Shown here: positions 24,522 to 36,715 of the stretch, one piece after another | Layout: every line of letters starts with the position of its first letter | Numbering within the stretch: the first letter of the stretch is position 1 | Assembly: GCA_014905635.1 (NCBI GenBank) | Contig: CM026547.1 | Coordinates: 186,001-250,000 of the forward strand | DNA: 64,000 nucleotides | Source: Scenedesmus sp. PABB004 | Lineage: Eukaryota | Direction of reading: 5' to 3' | The notes under the pieces: model-generated | Told to the model about the DNA's origin: nothing | What the model saw: the letters and a program-made list of their open reading frames with translations, nothing else | Database searches by the model: none | Made by a program: the position numbers and the translations under genes

Positions 24522-27485
24522 TCAGCCGCCCGCGCCGTCCGCGCCCTCGGCGCCGCACTCGACAGCCGGCCCCGCAGCCTCGCCCTCCCCGCGCTGCCGC
24601 TCGCTCGCCCAGCTCGCCAGCCCCTCCGCCCGCCGCGCGCGCCTGCTGAGCGGCTCGCCATCGCCGCCGCCCAGGCCCAGGTCCGGCAGCGCCTCGTCGG
24701 CCGCCGACGGCGAGGGCTCCGCCGCAGCCTCCCCACCCCCCGTGGTGCTCAGGCGCAGCTCGACGCGCGGCGTCGCACTCGCCTGCGCCGCGCCGTCGCT
24801 CGCCGCTGGCTGCCCTGAGCGCTGCGCCGCCTGTGCGAGGTCGACGGCTGCGGCCGCGGCTGCCGCCGCGATGGATGGCGCCGCTGGCGCAGCGGTAGCG
24901 GCAGCAGCGCTAGCAGCGGCGGCGCCGGGGCCTGAGCCCGGCCGGCTGCAGCGCCGCGCGGCGCTGCTGCAGCTCGCCTCCGGCGCGCCGTCTGCTGCAG
25001 GCGCCGCGGAGGACTGGCTGCCCTCGGCGGCCGTCGCCGCGTCGTCAGCCGCCGCCGCGTCGCCTGCTGCCGCGCCGCCCACGGGCGTGCCCCAGCCTGC
25101 GAAGAGCACCGGGCCGATGCCGGCGGCGCGCGCCACGGCCACGAGCTCGTCGGCGCCCACGCCGACGCACGCCGCGCAAAACCGCAGCAGCGGCAGCGCA
25201 TAGCGGTTGTGCCGCAGCAGCCCGCAGCTCTTTGCAAAGTCAGCGAGCTCGCGGACGAGCGCCTCCAGCAGCGCCGGCGCCAGCACCGCGCCGCCCTCGA
25301 GCAGCGCCCGCGCCTGCCGGCGGGGGGCGGCGCGCAGCGCACCGGTCGGCGAGGCGGGGCCTAGGGCGCGCGCGCGCGGGCACGCGCGCTGGCCTGCGGG
25401 GCAGGGCGCGCCGCGCGCCGCACCGAGTGCACGGTGTGCAGCGTCAGCGGGTCGCTGAGGCGCTGCTGCTCGACGAGGCCGCAGAGGGCGTCATAAAACG
25501 CCTCCAACGCCTCGCGCTCGCCCTGCTTCAGCGCGCGCGGCCCGCCCGGCGCGGCGCCCTCGCCCGCCGCCGCGGCCGCGGCCGCGGCAGCCGCCGCCGC
25601 CGCCGCGTGCTGCTTGCCGACCGCAAACGGGCTCGCCGGCGTGACGCCTGCGGCGGCACGGGCAGTGAGACCGGACGCCGGGCTGGCGGCGCGCGCACTG
25701 GCAGCGCTGGCAGCGCCCGGCGCGCGCCGCACCGGGGACCCAGCCCGGCACCAGCCGCCCCCGCGCGGCCTCCAGCTGCGCGAACAGCGCGCCGCTCAGC
25801 TGCGCCGCGCTCGCGGGCTCCGACCGTGCGGTCGCGCGCTCCGTGCTGCGTGCCCACAGCGTCGCCTGCAGCCCGGTGTAGCCGGCGTGCCGCACCCCGA
25901 CATGGGCGTTGTGGGCCTCCACGACCGGGTCGGCGCCCGCCCCGCCCGGCGCCTGCTGCGTGAGCCCCGTGAGCGGCCGGAACTCGGGCTGCGCCGGCGC
26001 GGCGGCCGCGCGGCAGCCGCCGACCCAGCCGCAGCCGCCGCCGGCCGCGCCGCACTGCCCGCCGCACTCGGGCGGCGGCGCCGCGGCCGAGTCGGTGGTC
26101 GCGCGCGGAGCCCAGGCCGCGACGGACGTGCGCCGGCTGGCCGCCGAGCTGTGGAGGCCCAGCGTCGTCGCGGCGGGGTCGCCGCAGCCGTCGTATGCGA
26201 GCGAGATGCGGTGCCCGGGACTCACCGACGTGCGCCGCGCGGTGGCGCCGGCGGTCGCGCGCTGGGTGATGAAGACCGACGCCCCGTCGCCCACGGCGTC
26301 GCCGCCCGCGCCGGCCGCGCTGCCACCCGCGCTGGCCGCCGGCCGGTCGCCGCCGGCTGCGCCAGCCGCCGCGTGGCGCGCCACCAGCGCGGCCGCCGGC
26401 GGCGCCGCCGTCGGCAGCGCGTGCGCGCCGTACGCCGCCGCCGCGTCGGCGAGGTCGGCCGCCGCGCCGGCGGGGCTGAAAAACACGCCGCCGCGGCTCG
26501 CCGCGCCGCGCCGCCGCGCGTCCGCCTGCCGCCGCGCCGCCGCGGGGAAGCCCGCCTCGAGCCTGCGCGCGTGTGGGCGAGCGGCGCGGGGCAGAGCGGT
26601 GGGCTGACCGGGGCCCCGTGGATCGGCGGCGGCCAGGGACCGCCGCTGGCCGCGCCGCGCGCGCGCGCTCGCGCTCGCGCAGCACGGCACAGCACCGGCA
26701 GCGCACCGCTCAACCGCCGCAAAGCGCATCACCGTCTTGTGGCGCAGCAGCGTGGCGGCGTGCGGGCCCTGCAGCAGCGCGGCCGCGCCGGCGAGCTCGC
26801 CCGCGGCCGCCGCGCGCGGCGCCGCTCCCGCCGGCTGCGCCGCGGCCGCCCGGGGCGCGGGGTCTGCCGCCGTCGCCGCCGCGCGTGTTGCCGCCGCCGC
26901 CGCCGCCGCCGCCCCGGCGCCCGATGCGCGCGGCGGCAGCGGCCGGCGCGGGGCCTGGCTGCTGCGCAGCTCGTCGCGGTGGAGTCGCGGCAGCAGCGCG
27001 CTCGCGGCGCCGCCCAGCTGCTCCGGCGGCCCGAGGCAGGCGTACGGCTCGCCGGCGCTCGCCCACACGCCCGCGGGCGCCGCCTCGCGCGCGGCCGCCG
27101 CGCCGCGTATGAGGCCCTGCAGCCGCAACAGCCCCTCTGCGGCGGCGGAGCGCGGCGCGGCGGCGCGGCGGCGCGGACGGGGGCGGCGCGGCGGCTCGGC
27201 CGCAGGGCGCGGGGCGGCGCGCGCGCGTGGCGTCGCGAGGCCGCCCTCGCTGAGCTCACCCGCCTCGAGGTCGTCAATCACCGGCGGCGCGGGCGCGGGC
27301 GCGTCCGCGCCGCGCCGCGCGGCCCGGCGCTGCGCGTCGCGGAGCTCCCGGAACAGCGGGTGGTCGTGCAGCGCGGCGCAGTCGCGCTTCTGCTGCCGCA
27401 TGAGTGCACGTATCGCGTCCGCGCCGCCGGGCGCCGCGCCGCTCCCGGCGGCAATGGGCGTCGCGCCGCCCGCGCCGTCCGCCAT
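24522..27485 (-). CDS. Unknown Ala-rich protein, multi-exon
   Basis: Non-low-complexity blocks DAIRALMRQQKRDCAALHDHPLFRELRDAQ, EREALEAFYDALCGLVEQQRLSDPLTLHTVH and LLEALVRELADFAKSCGLLRHNRYALPLLRFCAACVGV, linked by recognisable introns. No family recognised. Confidence 0.6.
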
Positions 27486-28190
27486 GGCGCCGCCGCGCGC
27501 CGCGGGCGCGGGCTGGGCCCCTGCTTAACTGCCGCGGGTGACGTGTGTTGAGCGAGGCGCGCGGCAGCAGGCGCGCCCGGGCGCGGCGCCAGCAGAATGC
27601 GGGGCGTCAAGGCGGTCAGCACCTCGCAGCGCCGAGCCGCCGCGGCCGGCGGCGGCCGGGCCGCAGCCCCAGGACCGAAGCACACGGTGGCGAGCTGCTG
27701 GCAGCGGGGCTGGAGACTCGCCGGGCCAGCGGCGCGCTCGGGGCGCGGGGACGAGCGGGGGCGGCTGCGGCTGCGGGGTGCTGTGCGCGGAATGCAGAGG
27801 GCTGTGGCGCCTGGGTTGTACGGCCGCCTGATTTGGCGGCTGCCGCGGCGGCGGCGCGGCGGCGCGCGGCGGCGGCGCGCGGCGCTTTTATTCGAAGCGT
27901 CGCCCGCGCCGCTGTGCTGCTGCTGCTCGGTGCATCACGCCCCCAGCGCAAGCTCCTCACTGAAGCTGCGTCCGTCACCAGGTCAGCCGGCCCGACGCCG
28001 AGCAGCGCGCACGCGGGCAGCATCACGCTCGAACAGCCCGCTCCCGCGCTGCCCGGAGCCCGGCCCGGAACCGATCCCTTCCCTTGCACGGCGCGTAGTC
28101 GCGGCATCCCGTCTGCGCAGGCATCGCCAGGAGCAGCCAGCCGGCGGCGCGGCGCGGGCAGCAGCGGCGGCGGGCAGCGGCGCCGGCAGC

Positions 28191-30870
28191 ATGGGCACGC
28201 TGGACCTGGAGCGCCCGCGGCACGACCCCGCGTGCGTGACGACGCGCCGTCGCCGCGCACCGCCGGCGCAGCAGCGCTGCCCGGCCGCGGCGCGCGCGCG
28301 CGGCGCCGCCCGACGCCCGACGCCGCGGCGCTGCGGGTGCGCGCGTAGGCTGAAGCACGATGCGCTGCTCAGCATGCCCGGCGACGTCCCGGGCGCCGAG
28401 GCGGCCACCATCCCGCGCGCGAGCTGCGACTACGAGGCGCAGGCGCGCGCTCCGCGGGAGCGCTCCGGGGGCGGCAGCCGCGCCGCGCCGTCCGCCCACG
28501 CGCGCGCGCACGCCCCGTGCCCGGTGCCCCTCGCAGGACGCCCGCTTCCTGCTGGGCGGCTCGCGCTCGTTTGACCGCCAGTACGCGCAGCTCTACTTCA
28601 GCCGCCTCATGGCGCTGCAGCCGGTCGTCGCCGGCGCGGTCGCGGCCGCGTGGCCCGGCACGCGCGGTGCGGCCGCGCGCCCCGCGCCCCGCCGCGCGCC
28701 CCGCGCCCCGCCGCGCGCCGCCGCGCGCCGCCGCGCGCCGCCTCGCACCCACCGCGCGCGCCCGGCGCCCACGTCGCCGCCCGCCGACCGCCCGCCGCCC
28801 GCAGTCGCCAAGATCTTGGGCGTCGGCGAGGACAGCGAGGTCGCGGTGGTTGGCACGCTGTTCAAGGACATGGCGCTCAAGCCCACCATCCTCGACGAGT
28901 ACGCCAAGGCCCCCGGGCTCAAGGCCGCGCTCGGCGGCGCGGCCGACTTTTGCTCCGACGGCGACACGCTCGTGCTGGAGGACGAGGGCGCGCGCATGGC
29001 GCTGCGCAGCGAGACGCCCGCGCTCACGACGCACGCAGTCGTCACGGGTGCGGCGCCCCGCACGGCGCCGCGCGGCGCCCGGCTCGCCCCGGCGCGGCGC
29101 CCTGCCGCCGCCGCCGCCGCCGAGCCGCGCCCGTCCGCGCCGGCGCAGGCACGGTCGTCGCGGTGCGCGGGCGCGCCGAGCCGGGCGGCGACTTTGTGGT
29201 GACGGACGTGCTCTGGCCGGGCCTGCCCCCGCAGCCGGCGCGGGCGGTGCCCGAGGCCGACGTGTACGTCGCGCTCGTGAGCGGGCTGCAGCTCGCGAGC
29301 AGCCAGGCCGACATGATGCGGGTGCGGCGGGCGCAGGCGCCGCGCGCGGCCGGACGGCACACGGCGCCGCCGGCGCGCGGGCCCCCGCGCGCTGCTGAGC
29401 TGCTGAGCGCGCCGCCGCGCCCTGCCCGGTGGGTGCGCGCAGGTGCAGCTGCTGGTGGATTTCCTCACCGGCAACCTCGGCGCGCCGCCGCAGCAGCACC
29501 TCGCCGCCAAGGCGCGGCCCGCCGCTGCTCGCCGCACGCGCCGCGCGCGCGCCGCGCGCGCCGCCCGCGCCGCATGCCTCACCCCGCCGCCGCCGCCGCC
29601 GCCGCTGCCGCCGCCGCCGCGGCCCTCGCGCGCGCCGCGCAGGTCGCGCAGCTTGTCATTGCCGGCGGCAGCCTGGGGCAGCTCGAGGTCATGGCTGCGG
29701 CCAACCCCTACAGCCGGCAGACGACGACCGACATGGAGCCCGTGCGGTGCGCGGCGCCGCGCGTGCGCGGGCGCCCGCCGCTGGCGCCGCGCCCCCTCGG
29801 GCGGAGCCGCCCCCCCCCCCTCGGGCGGTCGGCCGCTCGCCGCGCCCGCACACGCTCAGCCCGGCCCTCTCTCCGTCTCCTTGTCTCTCTTGCATGCCCA
29901 CGCCCACGCACCGCCCCGGCCCCTGTCTCTCCCACTCCCCCTGTCGCTCTCCCACTCCCCCTGTCCTCGCACGCTCCCCCTGTCTCTCTCACGCTCCCGC
30001 TGTCTCTCACGCTTTCACGCTCCCCCTCTCCTGCACAGTGACATGGACCTCATAATGACAGAGCTCGCCGCTGCGCTGCCGGTCGACGTCATGCCGGGCC
30101 CCGACGACCCCGCCAACGTCTCGCTCCCGCAGCAGCCGCTGCACGCGTGCCTCTTCCCCGGCGCGGCGCCGTACGGGTCGTTCCGCCGCGCGCCCAACCC
30201 GCACGCGCTGCGCCTCGGCGGCACGCTGCTGCTCGGCACGGCGGGGCAAAACATCGACGACATGGCCAAATACACCCGCGGCGTGCCCCGGTGCGCGGCG
30301 CCTGCCGCGGCCGCGCCCGCACCAGCGCGCGCGGCGCGCACAGCGGCGGCGCCGCCGCCGGCGCGCGCCACCCGCCGCCCACCCGCCGCCCGCCCGCCGC
30401 GCGCCGCGCCGCGCCCCGCGCCGCCGCGGCGCCAGGCTCGACCTGCTCGCGAGCGTGCTGCGCTGGCGGCACCTCTGCCCCACCGCGCCCGACACGCTCA
30501 CGTGCTACCCCTACGCCGACACCGACCCTTCGTGCTGGAGGCCTGCCCCCACGTGCTCTTCGCCGGCAACCAGCCCGCCTTTGAGACCCGCCTGCTCGAG
30601 GGTGCGCGCGCGCGCGCGCGCGCGTGCGCGCCGCAGCGCCGCGCGCCGCGGCGGGGCGCGCGCCGTGCCGGCGGCGCCGCGGCCGCGGCGGCTCGGCGCC
30701 TGCGCGGCCCACCGCACCGCCCCGCGCCGCGCGCAGGCCCGGCCGGCGAGGCGGTGCGGCTGGTCGCGGTGCCGAGCTTCATCAAGACCGGCACGCTCGT
30801 GCTGCTCAACCTGCGGACGCTGCAGTGCCAGCCGCTGACCTTCGAGTCCTCGTTCGGCGCCGACGGCTGA
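28191..30870 (+). CDS. POLD2: DNA polymerase delta small subunit (POLD2/Pol31); apparent 1-nt frameshift near 30527
   Basis: RQYAQLYFSRL, VVGTLFKDMALKPTILDEY, LVLEDEGARM, VALVSGL, VDVMPGPDDPANVSLPQQPLH, LGTAGQNIDD, RHLCPTAPDTLTCYPY...DPF.LEACPHVLFAGNQP. Confidence 0.93.
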
Positions 30871-31074
30871 CGCACGCTGCTGGCGGCGGGCTCGGGGCGG
30901 GGCGAGGGTGCAGCGGCGGCAGAGCCCCGCGCGCGACGGCGGCCGCGCGTGTGTGTGACCGCGGATGCTCTTGTTCCCGGCACTGCTCCCGCAGCGGACA
31001 CAGCGAGCGCGCCGCCGCCGCACGGCCCGGCGCAGCGCCGACGGCCGCCGCTGCCCGCCGCTGCGCCGGCGACG

Positions 31075-34000
31075 ATGGCGTCGCAGCAGGACGACGGCGC
31101 GCGCGTGGCGGAGCTCAAGTGCGTGCGCCTGAGCTGCCGAGCAGCGCGGCAGCGGGCAGGCCCAGCTCGCGCGGGCTGCAGCAGCTCGCGCCGCGATGGC
31201 ACGCCGCTGCGGCGCGCGGGGCGGCCGCGGCAGCTCGCGGCGCGTCGCGTCGCGCGGGCACGACTGCCTGCCATCGCCTGGTAGCGCGTGCTGAGTGCCA
31301 GGCGCGCCGCCCTCGCCGCAGGGCGGGCCTGGCCGATGCGCGGGCGCGCCTCGCGGCCTGCAAGACCGCGCACGACTTTTACAAGCTCACCGAGACGGCC
31401 AATGCCATCGCCAAGCAGGCAGCCGAGGCCTGCAGGCGCCGCGCGGCGGCCAAAGCGGCGGCGGAGGTGCGCAGCGCGCGTCGGCGGCCGGCCGCCGCTG
31501 CTGCCGCGCGCCCGCCCACGCCGGCCGCCGCCGCCCCTCTCCCACCAACCCCAGGCCCCTGCCCCCGCCGTCGGCGACGCCGGCGGCGCGCCCGGCGCGG
31601 CGGCGGCGGCGCCCGGCGCGCCGCGCGGCGTGCTGGGGCAGATGCCTGACGCCGACGACGGCGTGACGTGCATGCTGCTGCGCCTGCCCAAGGGCTGGGG
31701 CGTGCCTCGCCTGCAGGCACGCACGCGGCCGCGCCGCCTCACCATCACAGCACGCACGCGCCGCGGCGGCCGCCCACATGGCCCTCCTCACCGCCTCGCC
31801 CCCCCTGCCCCGCCAGGCCTTCATTGAGCGCTTCGGCGCCAAGCCCGCGAGCGTGTCCAAGGCGGCGGGCGACAGCCACGCGCTCGTGGCGTTTTCAAAC
31901 GCCGAGGGCCGGGCGCTCTTCTACGAGGAGTTCAAGCGCGCGGAGCTCTCCGGGACCTCCTCCGGCTCCGCCGGGCAGTTCCTGGTGAAGTTCCCCGGCA
32001 GCCGCGGCGCCGGCGCCGGCGCGCCGCCGGCCGGCGGCGACGCCGGCGGCGGCGCGAAGCGCGGCGGCGCCGGCGCCGGCGCCGCCGCCGAGAGCGCGCG
32101 GCCCGCGAAGCAGGCGCGCGGCGCGGGCGCCGGCGCGGGCGCGGGCGCGGGCGGCGACATTCGCGCCGTCGTGTGCCCCTGGTGGGACGTCCCGTACGGC
32201 GAGCAGCTGGGCCGCAAGATGGCGGCGGTCGAAAAGACGCTGCGGGGGCTGGCGGAGAAGGCGGCGCACACGTACGGGCGCGACGAGAAGCCCGGCTGGC
32301 TCACGGCCGCGCTGCGGCGCGCGGGCAAGGAGGCGCTGCCGCTGCCGTGCATCTTCCGCAGCCCGCAGCTCAACGGATACCGGTGCGCGGGTTCAGGGCC
32401 AGGGCTTGGGGTCAGGGCTCGGTCGCCGGGCTCTGGCGGCGCCCTCGCGCCCGCCGCGCTCCGTGCCTCACACCCCGCCGGACCCGCCGCCGCGCGCGCG
32501 CAGCAACAAGGCTGAGTTTTCGATCGGCCTCGACTCGACGGAGCAGCCGACCGTCGGCTTCCTGTTGGGCACGTTTGTGGTGCGCTGCGCGCCGGCGGCG
32601 TCGCTCGCAGCAGGGCGTCGAGCCCAGGCGGCCGCCGCATGCGGCGGCCGCGCGCGCCGCGGCGGCGGCGTCGGGCGCGCCCGGCGGCGGCCCGCCCTCG
32701 CCCCGCGCCGCCCTCACCGCCCCGCCCGCGCCCTCGTCGCCCCCCGCTCCGCAGGACGGCGTGACGCAGGTCGCGCTGCCGGACGGCTGCCGCCACATGT
32801 CGCCCGCGTCGCTCGCGCTCGCTGCGGCGATGAACGACTTCCTGCGCAGCGACGCCTGCGAGCTGCCGGCGTGGGACAAGCGCTGCAACAAGTGCGCGCC
32901 AGCGCCGCGCGCCGCGCGCCGCCGCCCCGCCCTGCCCTCTGCGCGCCCGCCCCGCCCAGCCGCGCGCGCGCGCCTCTGGGGCCAGGGCCCCGCCCGGCCC
33001 AGCCCGCGCCGCGCCGCGCCGCAGGGGCTTCTGGCGCCTGCTGACCGTGCGCGAGGGGCGCGATGCGAGCTTCCTGCCGCTGCCCGCGCCGCTGCCGGCG
33101 GAGGGCGCGGCGCCGGCGCCGCCGGCCGCGCTGCCGCCGTGCGCGCTGGCCGAGGTGCCGCTGGATGGCTGGACCGTCAAGAACCCCAACGTCGTCTCCG
33201 CGGGCGACGCCGAGCCGGGCGTGGAGCTGGGCGAGGTGATGGGCGGGCGGAGCCGCGCGCCAGGGCGCCCGCGCCGCGCTGGTGCCGAGCGCGCCGCCGC
33301 CGGCGCCGCCGCCTGCAGGTGACGGAGGCCGAGCCGCCCGCGCCGCCGCCGAGCGCGGTGCTGGTGATGGTGCAGGTCGACCCCACCGGGCGGCCAGCCC
33401 GGAGCAGATGGCGCAGCAGCTGTCCGCGCTCGGCGGCGCGCTGCGGGCGGGCGCGGCGCGCGCGGGCCTGCCGGCGCCGGCGTTGCTCGCGCAGCACCAC
33501 TCGGGCGTGTCCAACGCGGCGCCCCAGAGCGCGGCGCTCGAGCCCTTTCCGGGCGAGGCCGCGGCGCACGCCGACGGCGAGCCGCTCGGCTGCTTCACCG
33601 ACGCGCTGTGCGAGGTCAAGTTCAGGGTCTCGCCCAACGCCTTCTTCCAGGTGCGGCCCCGCCGCCGCTGCTGGCTCCGCCGCTGGCTCCGCCGGGCCCG
33701 CGCACGGCGCGCGTCCGGCCCGCGCGCGGCGTGTGCGTGCTGCGCCGCCCGCCCGCCGCCGAGCGCCTGCCGTGCCGCCCGCCCGGCGCCGCAGGTGAAC
33801 AACGGCGCCACCTGCCTGCTGTACGCCGCGGTCGGTCGCATGGCGGGCGTGGGCCCGCAGACGCTGCTGCTCGATGTCTGCTGCGGCACCGGCACCATCG
33901 GCATCACCCTCGCCAAGCAGGCGCGCCGCCGCCGCCTCGCCTGCACCGCGCCGCCTCTGCACCGCGCGCGCTGCCGCGCTCTGCCGCCGCACCGCGCCCC

Positions 34001-34813
34001 TCACCCTGCGCGGCCGGCGTCCAGGTCGCGGCGGTGGTGGGGGTGGACAACGTGGAGCGCGCGATCGACGACGCGCGGCGCAACGCGGCGCTCAACGGCG
34101 TAACCAACGCGACCTACGTCTGCGGCAACGCCGAGGCGGTCATGCAGGACGTGCTCAACGTGCGCGCGCCGCCGCGCTGCTGCTGCTGCTGCGCAGGCGG
34201 GCGGGAGGGAGCGGGGCGGAGGGCCGAGCGCTGGCGCGGGGCCGGTGGGCCACGTCCGGCCGCGGCCCGTCCCGGGGCCTGACCGCGCGCCGCGCGTCGC
34301 GCCGCCGCGCCGTGTGCGCAGGAGCACGCGCCGCGGCACAGCCACGTCGTCGCGGTCGTCGACCCGCCGCGCGCGGGGCTGCACCGCAGCGTGCTGCGCG
34401 CGCTGCTCGGCTGCGCGGCGCTCAAGCGGCTCGTGTTTGTCGCGTGCAACCCCGACAGCCTGGTCCTCAACGCGGGGCTGCTGTGCGGCAAGTACACGCG
34501 GGACTGGCCCGCGGGGCGAGGTGCGGCGCCCGCCGCGCCGGCGGGGAAGGGGGGATTTCGCGGGGCGACGGCGACATGGGGTCGCACGTGCCGCGCGCCG
34601 CCGACCCCCGGCCACCCCGCGTGCGCACGCGCAGGCGGCGAGCGCGGCAGGCGCGGCGGCCGTGGCGGGCGCGGCGGGCGCGGCGGCGGCGGCGCCGAGT
34701 TCCTGCCGCCGATGGCGCCGTACGAGCCGTTCCGGCCGAGCAGCGTGATGGCGTTTGACCTCTTCCCCCACACCAAGCACGTGGAGATCGTGATGCTGCT
34801 GGAGCGCGACTAG
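31075..34813 (+). CDS. tRNA (uracil-5-)-methyltransferase, TRM2A-like; apparent 1-nt frameshift near 33390
   Basis: VVCPWWDVPYGEQLGRK, NGYRNKAEFSIG, GFWRLLTVREGR, FRVSPNAFFQVN, LLDVCCGTGTIG, VVDPPRAGLH, LVFVACNP, FDLFPHTKHVE. Confidence 0.92.
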
Positions 34814-35034
34814 GGGCCTGCTGCCTAGGCCCGGGGGCGGCGGCGGCGCGCGGGCGCAGCGCGGACGCACGGGGGCGCGCGCGGCCAGACGCCGCCGGGG
34901 GCGCCCTGGGGTTCGGGGTTGACCACGTGGCAACCGTGCGCGTGGGTGCGAAGAGGCATCGCAGTTACGCCGCTCTCGCCCCACGCGCGCCGCGGCAGCC
35001 GCCTGCTGCCGCCTGCCGCCGCGCCCGGCCCGCG

Positions 35035-36331
35035 TCAGCTGCTCACGCCCGCCAGCGCTGGCTGCTGCTGCTGCTGCTGCTGCTCCTTGTCTGCCTGCTG
35101 CTGCTCCTGCTGCTGCTGCTCCTGCTGCTGCTCCTGCTGCTTGTCCGCGGCGCCGTCGGCGCTCGCGCCGCCGCCCTTGGCGCCGCCCTTGCCGCCCTTG
35201 CCGCGCCGCGCCTCCACAAAGTGCTTGCGCATCTCGTACGCGTCCTCGCCGTTGGCGTAGTACTTGGCCTCCACGTCCTGCACCCTGCGCGGCACACACA
35301 CAGGCGCAGCGTACCGGCGGGTGCGCGCGTCGGGCGACGGCCGGGCGCCGCGTGCTCGCCGCCGCCGCCGCGTGCTGCCCGCCGCGGGGCCCCGCGGCAC
35401 CTGCCCCAACCGCCGCCGCCGCCGCGGGCGCCGCTGCAGCGCGGGCGCACCTGTATCCCAGCGTCTGCGTATAGAGGTGGATCGCGCCCTTGTTGCTCAC
35501 GCGCACGTGCAGGCTCACGTACTCGGCGCCGTACACGTCCTCCATCGCCTTGTCTGCGCGGGGGCGAGCGTGTGTGTGTGTGTGGGGGGGGGGGGGGGGT
35601 GAGGCGGCGCAGAGGGGCGGGGCGCGGCGAGGAGCGAGGAGAGCAGCCAGGGGGAGGGCGGGAGTAAGGGAGGGAGCGAGGGAGCGGGAGCCGCGCTGCG
35701 GCGCAGCGGCGCGGCGCGCACGCGTCGCGGTCATGAGCTTTGCGGCGATGCCCATCTTGCGGTGCGTGCGCGCGACGGCGAGGCTCGTGATGTGCCCGTG
35801 CACCGGGTCGGTCGACTCCTCCTCCCTGCGCAGCGCATGCGGCGGCGGTGAGGCGGGCGCGCGGCGTGCCGCCTGCCGCCGGGCCGGGGGCCGGGCAGCG
35901 GGCGGCTCGTTCGAGCGCGGCGCGCTGCTCGCTGCTCGCTCGCGCGCACATCTTGGCGAGCACGTAGCCCACGATCTTGCCGCTGTAGTCCTCCGCGACG
36001 TGCAGCAGCTGCGGCCAGCTGAGGATGTGGTAAAAGTAGTACTGCGCAGCACCGGCGCGGCGCGTGAGCAGCGAGCACCGAGCGGCGGCGCTCTGCACGG
36101 GCGGCGGTGCCCTGTGCCGCCGCAGGCGCCCGCCCGCCGCACCTTGAGCTGGTAGTTCTCGGGCAGGCTGCGGCAGGGGCGGCGCGGCGGGGGGCGCGCG
36201 TGGGCGGCGCGCGGCGCGCAGTGGCGGCGGCTGCTGCTGCCCGGGCGCTGCTCGCCCCGCGCGCACCAGAGCAAGTTGCAGCGCTGCATCTGCAGGAGGT
36301 CGTCTATCGTGGCTGGCCGGATGCACACCAT
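35035..36331 (-). CDS. NAA10: N-alpha-acetyltransferase 10 (NatA catalytic subunit, ARD1)
   Basis: [104 protein letters not shown]-rich tail. Confidence 0.97.
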
Positions 36332-36715
36332 GGCGGCTGGCTGCGCGGGGCGGCCGGGGGCGGGAGTGCGCGGATGGATCGCGCCCGGACGTCGCGCCTG
36401 GAGGCGGTCGGAGCGCGCTGGCGGTCGCTGTGTGTGCGGGGACCACGGACGCCGCGCTGGGAGCGCAGCGCTGATCGAAGGCGAGCAGGCGCGGCGGCGA
36501 GCGTCGTGCCGCCGGCACGGTGCCGGCGACGACGTGACGCAGAAGCGCCGCGCCGTCCAGCGCCGTCGTGAAGCGCCCCTGGCCATCCGCGCAGACGCAC
36601 CCATCCCCTAGCCCGCCCTCCTTGCCGCTGCCGTTAGCCCGCCCGCCGCAGCGCCCACCGCCAGCGCCGCCGGCGCCGGCGCAGCGCCGCTGCCGCCGCC
36701 GCCGCCGCTCGCGCG

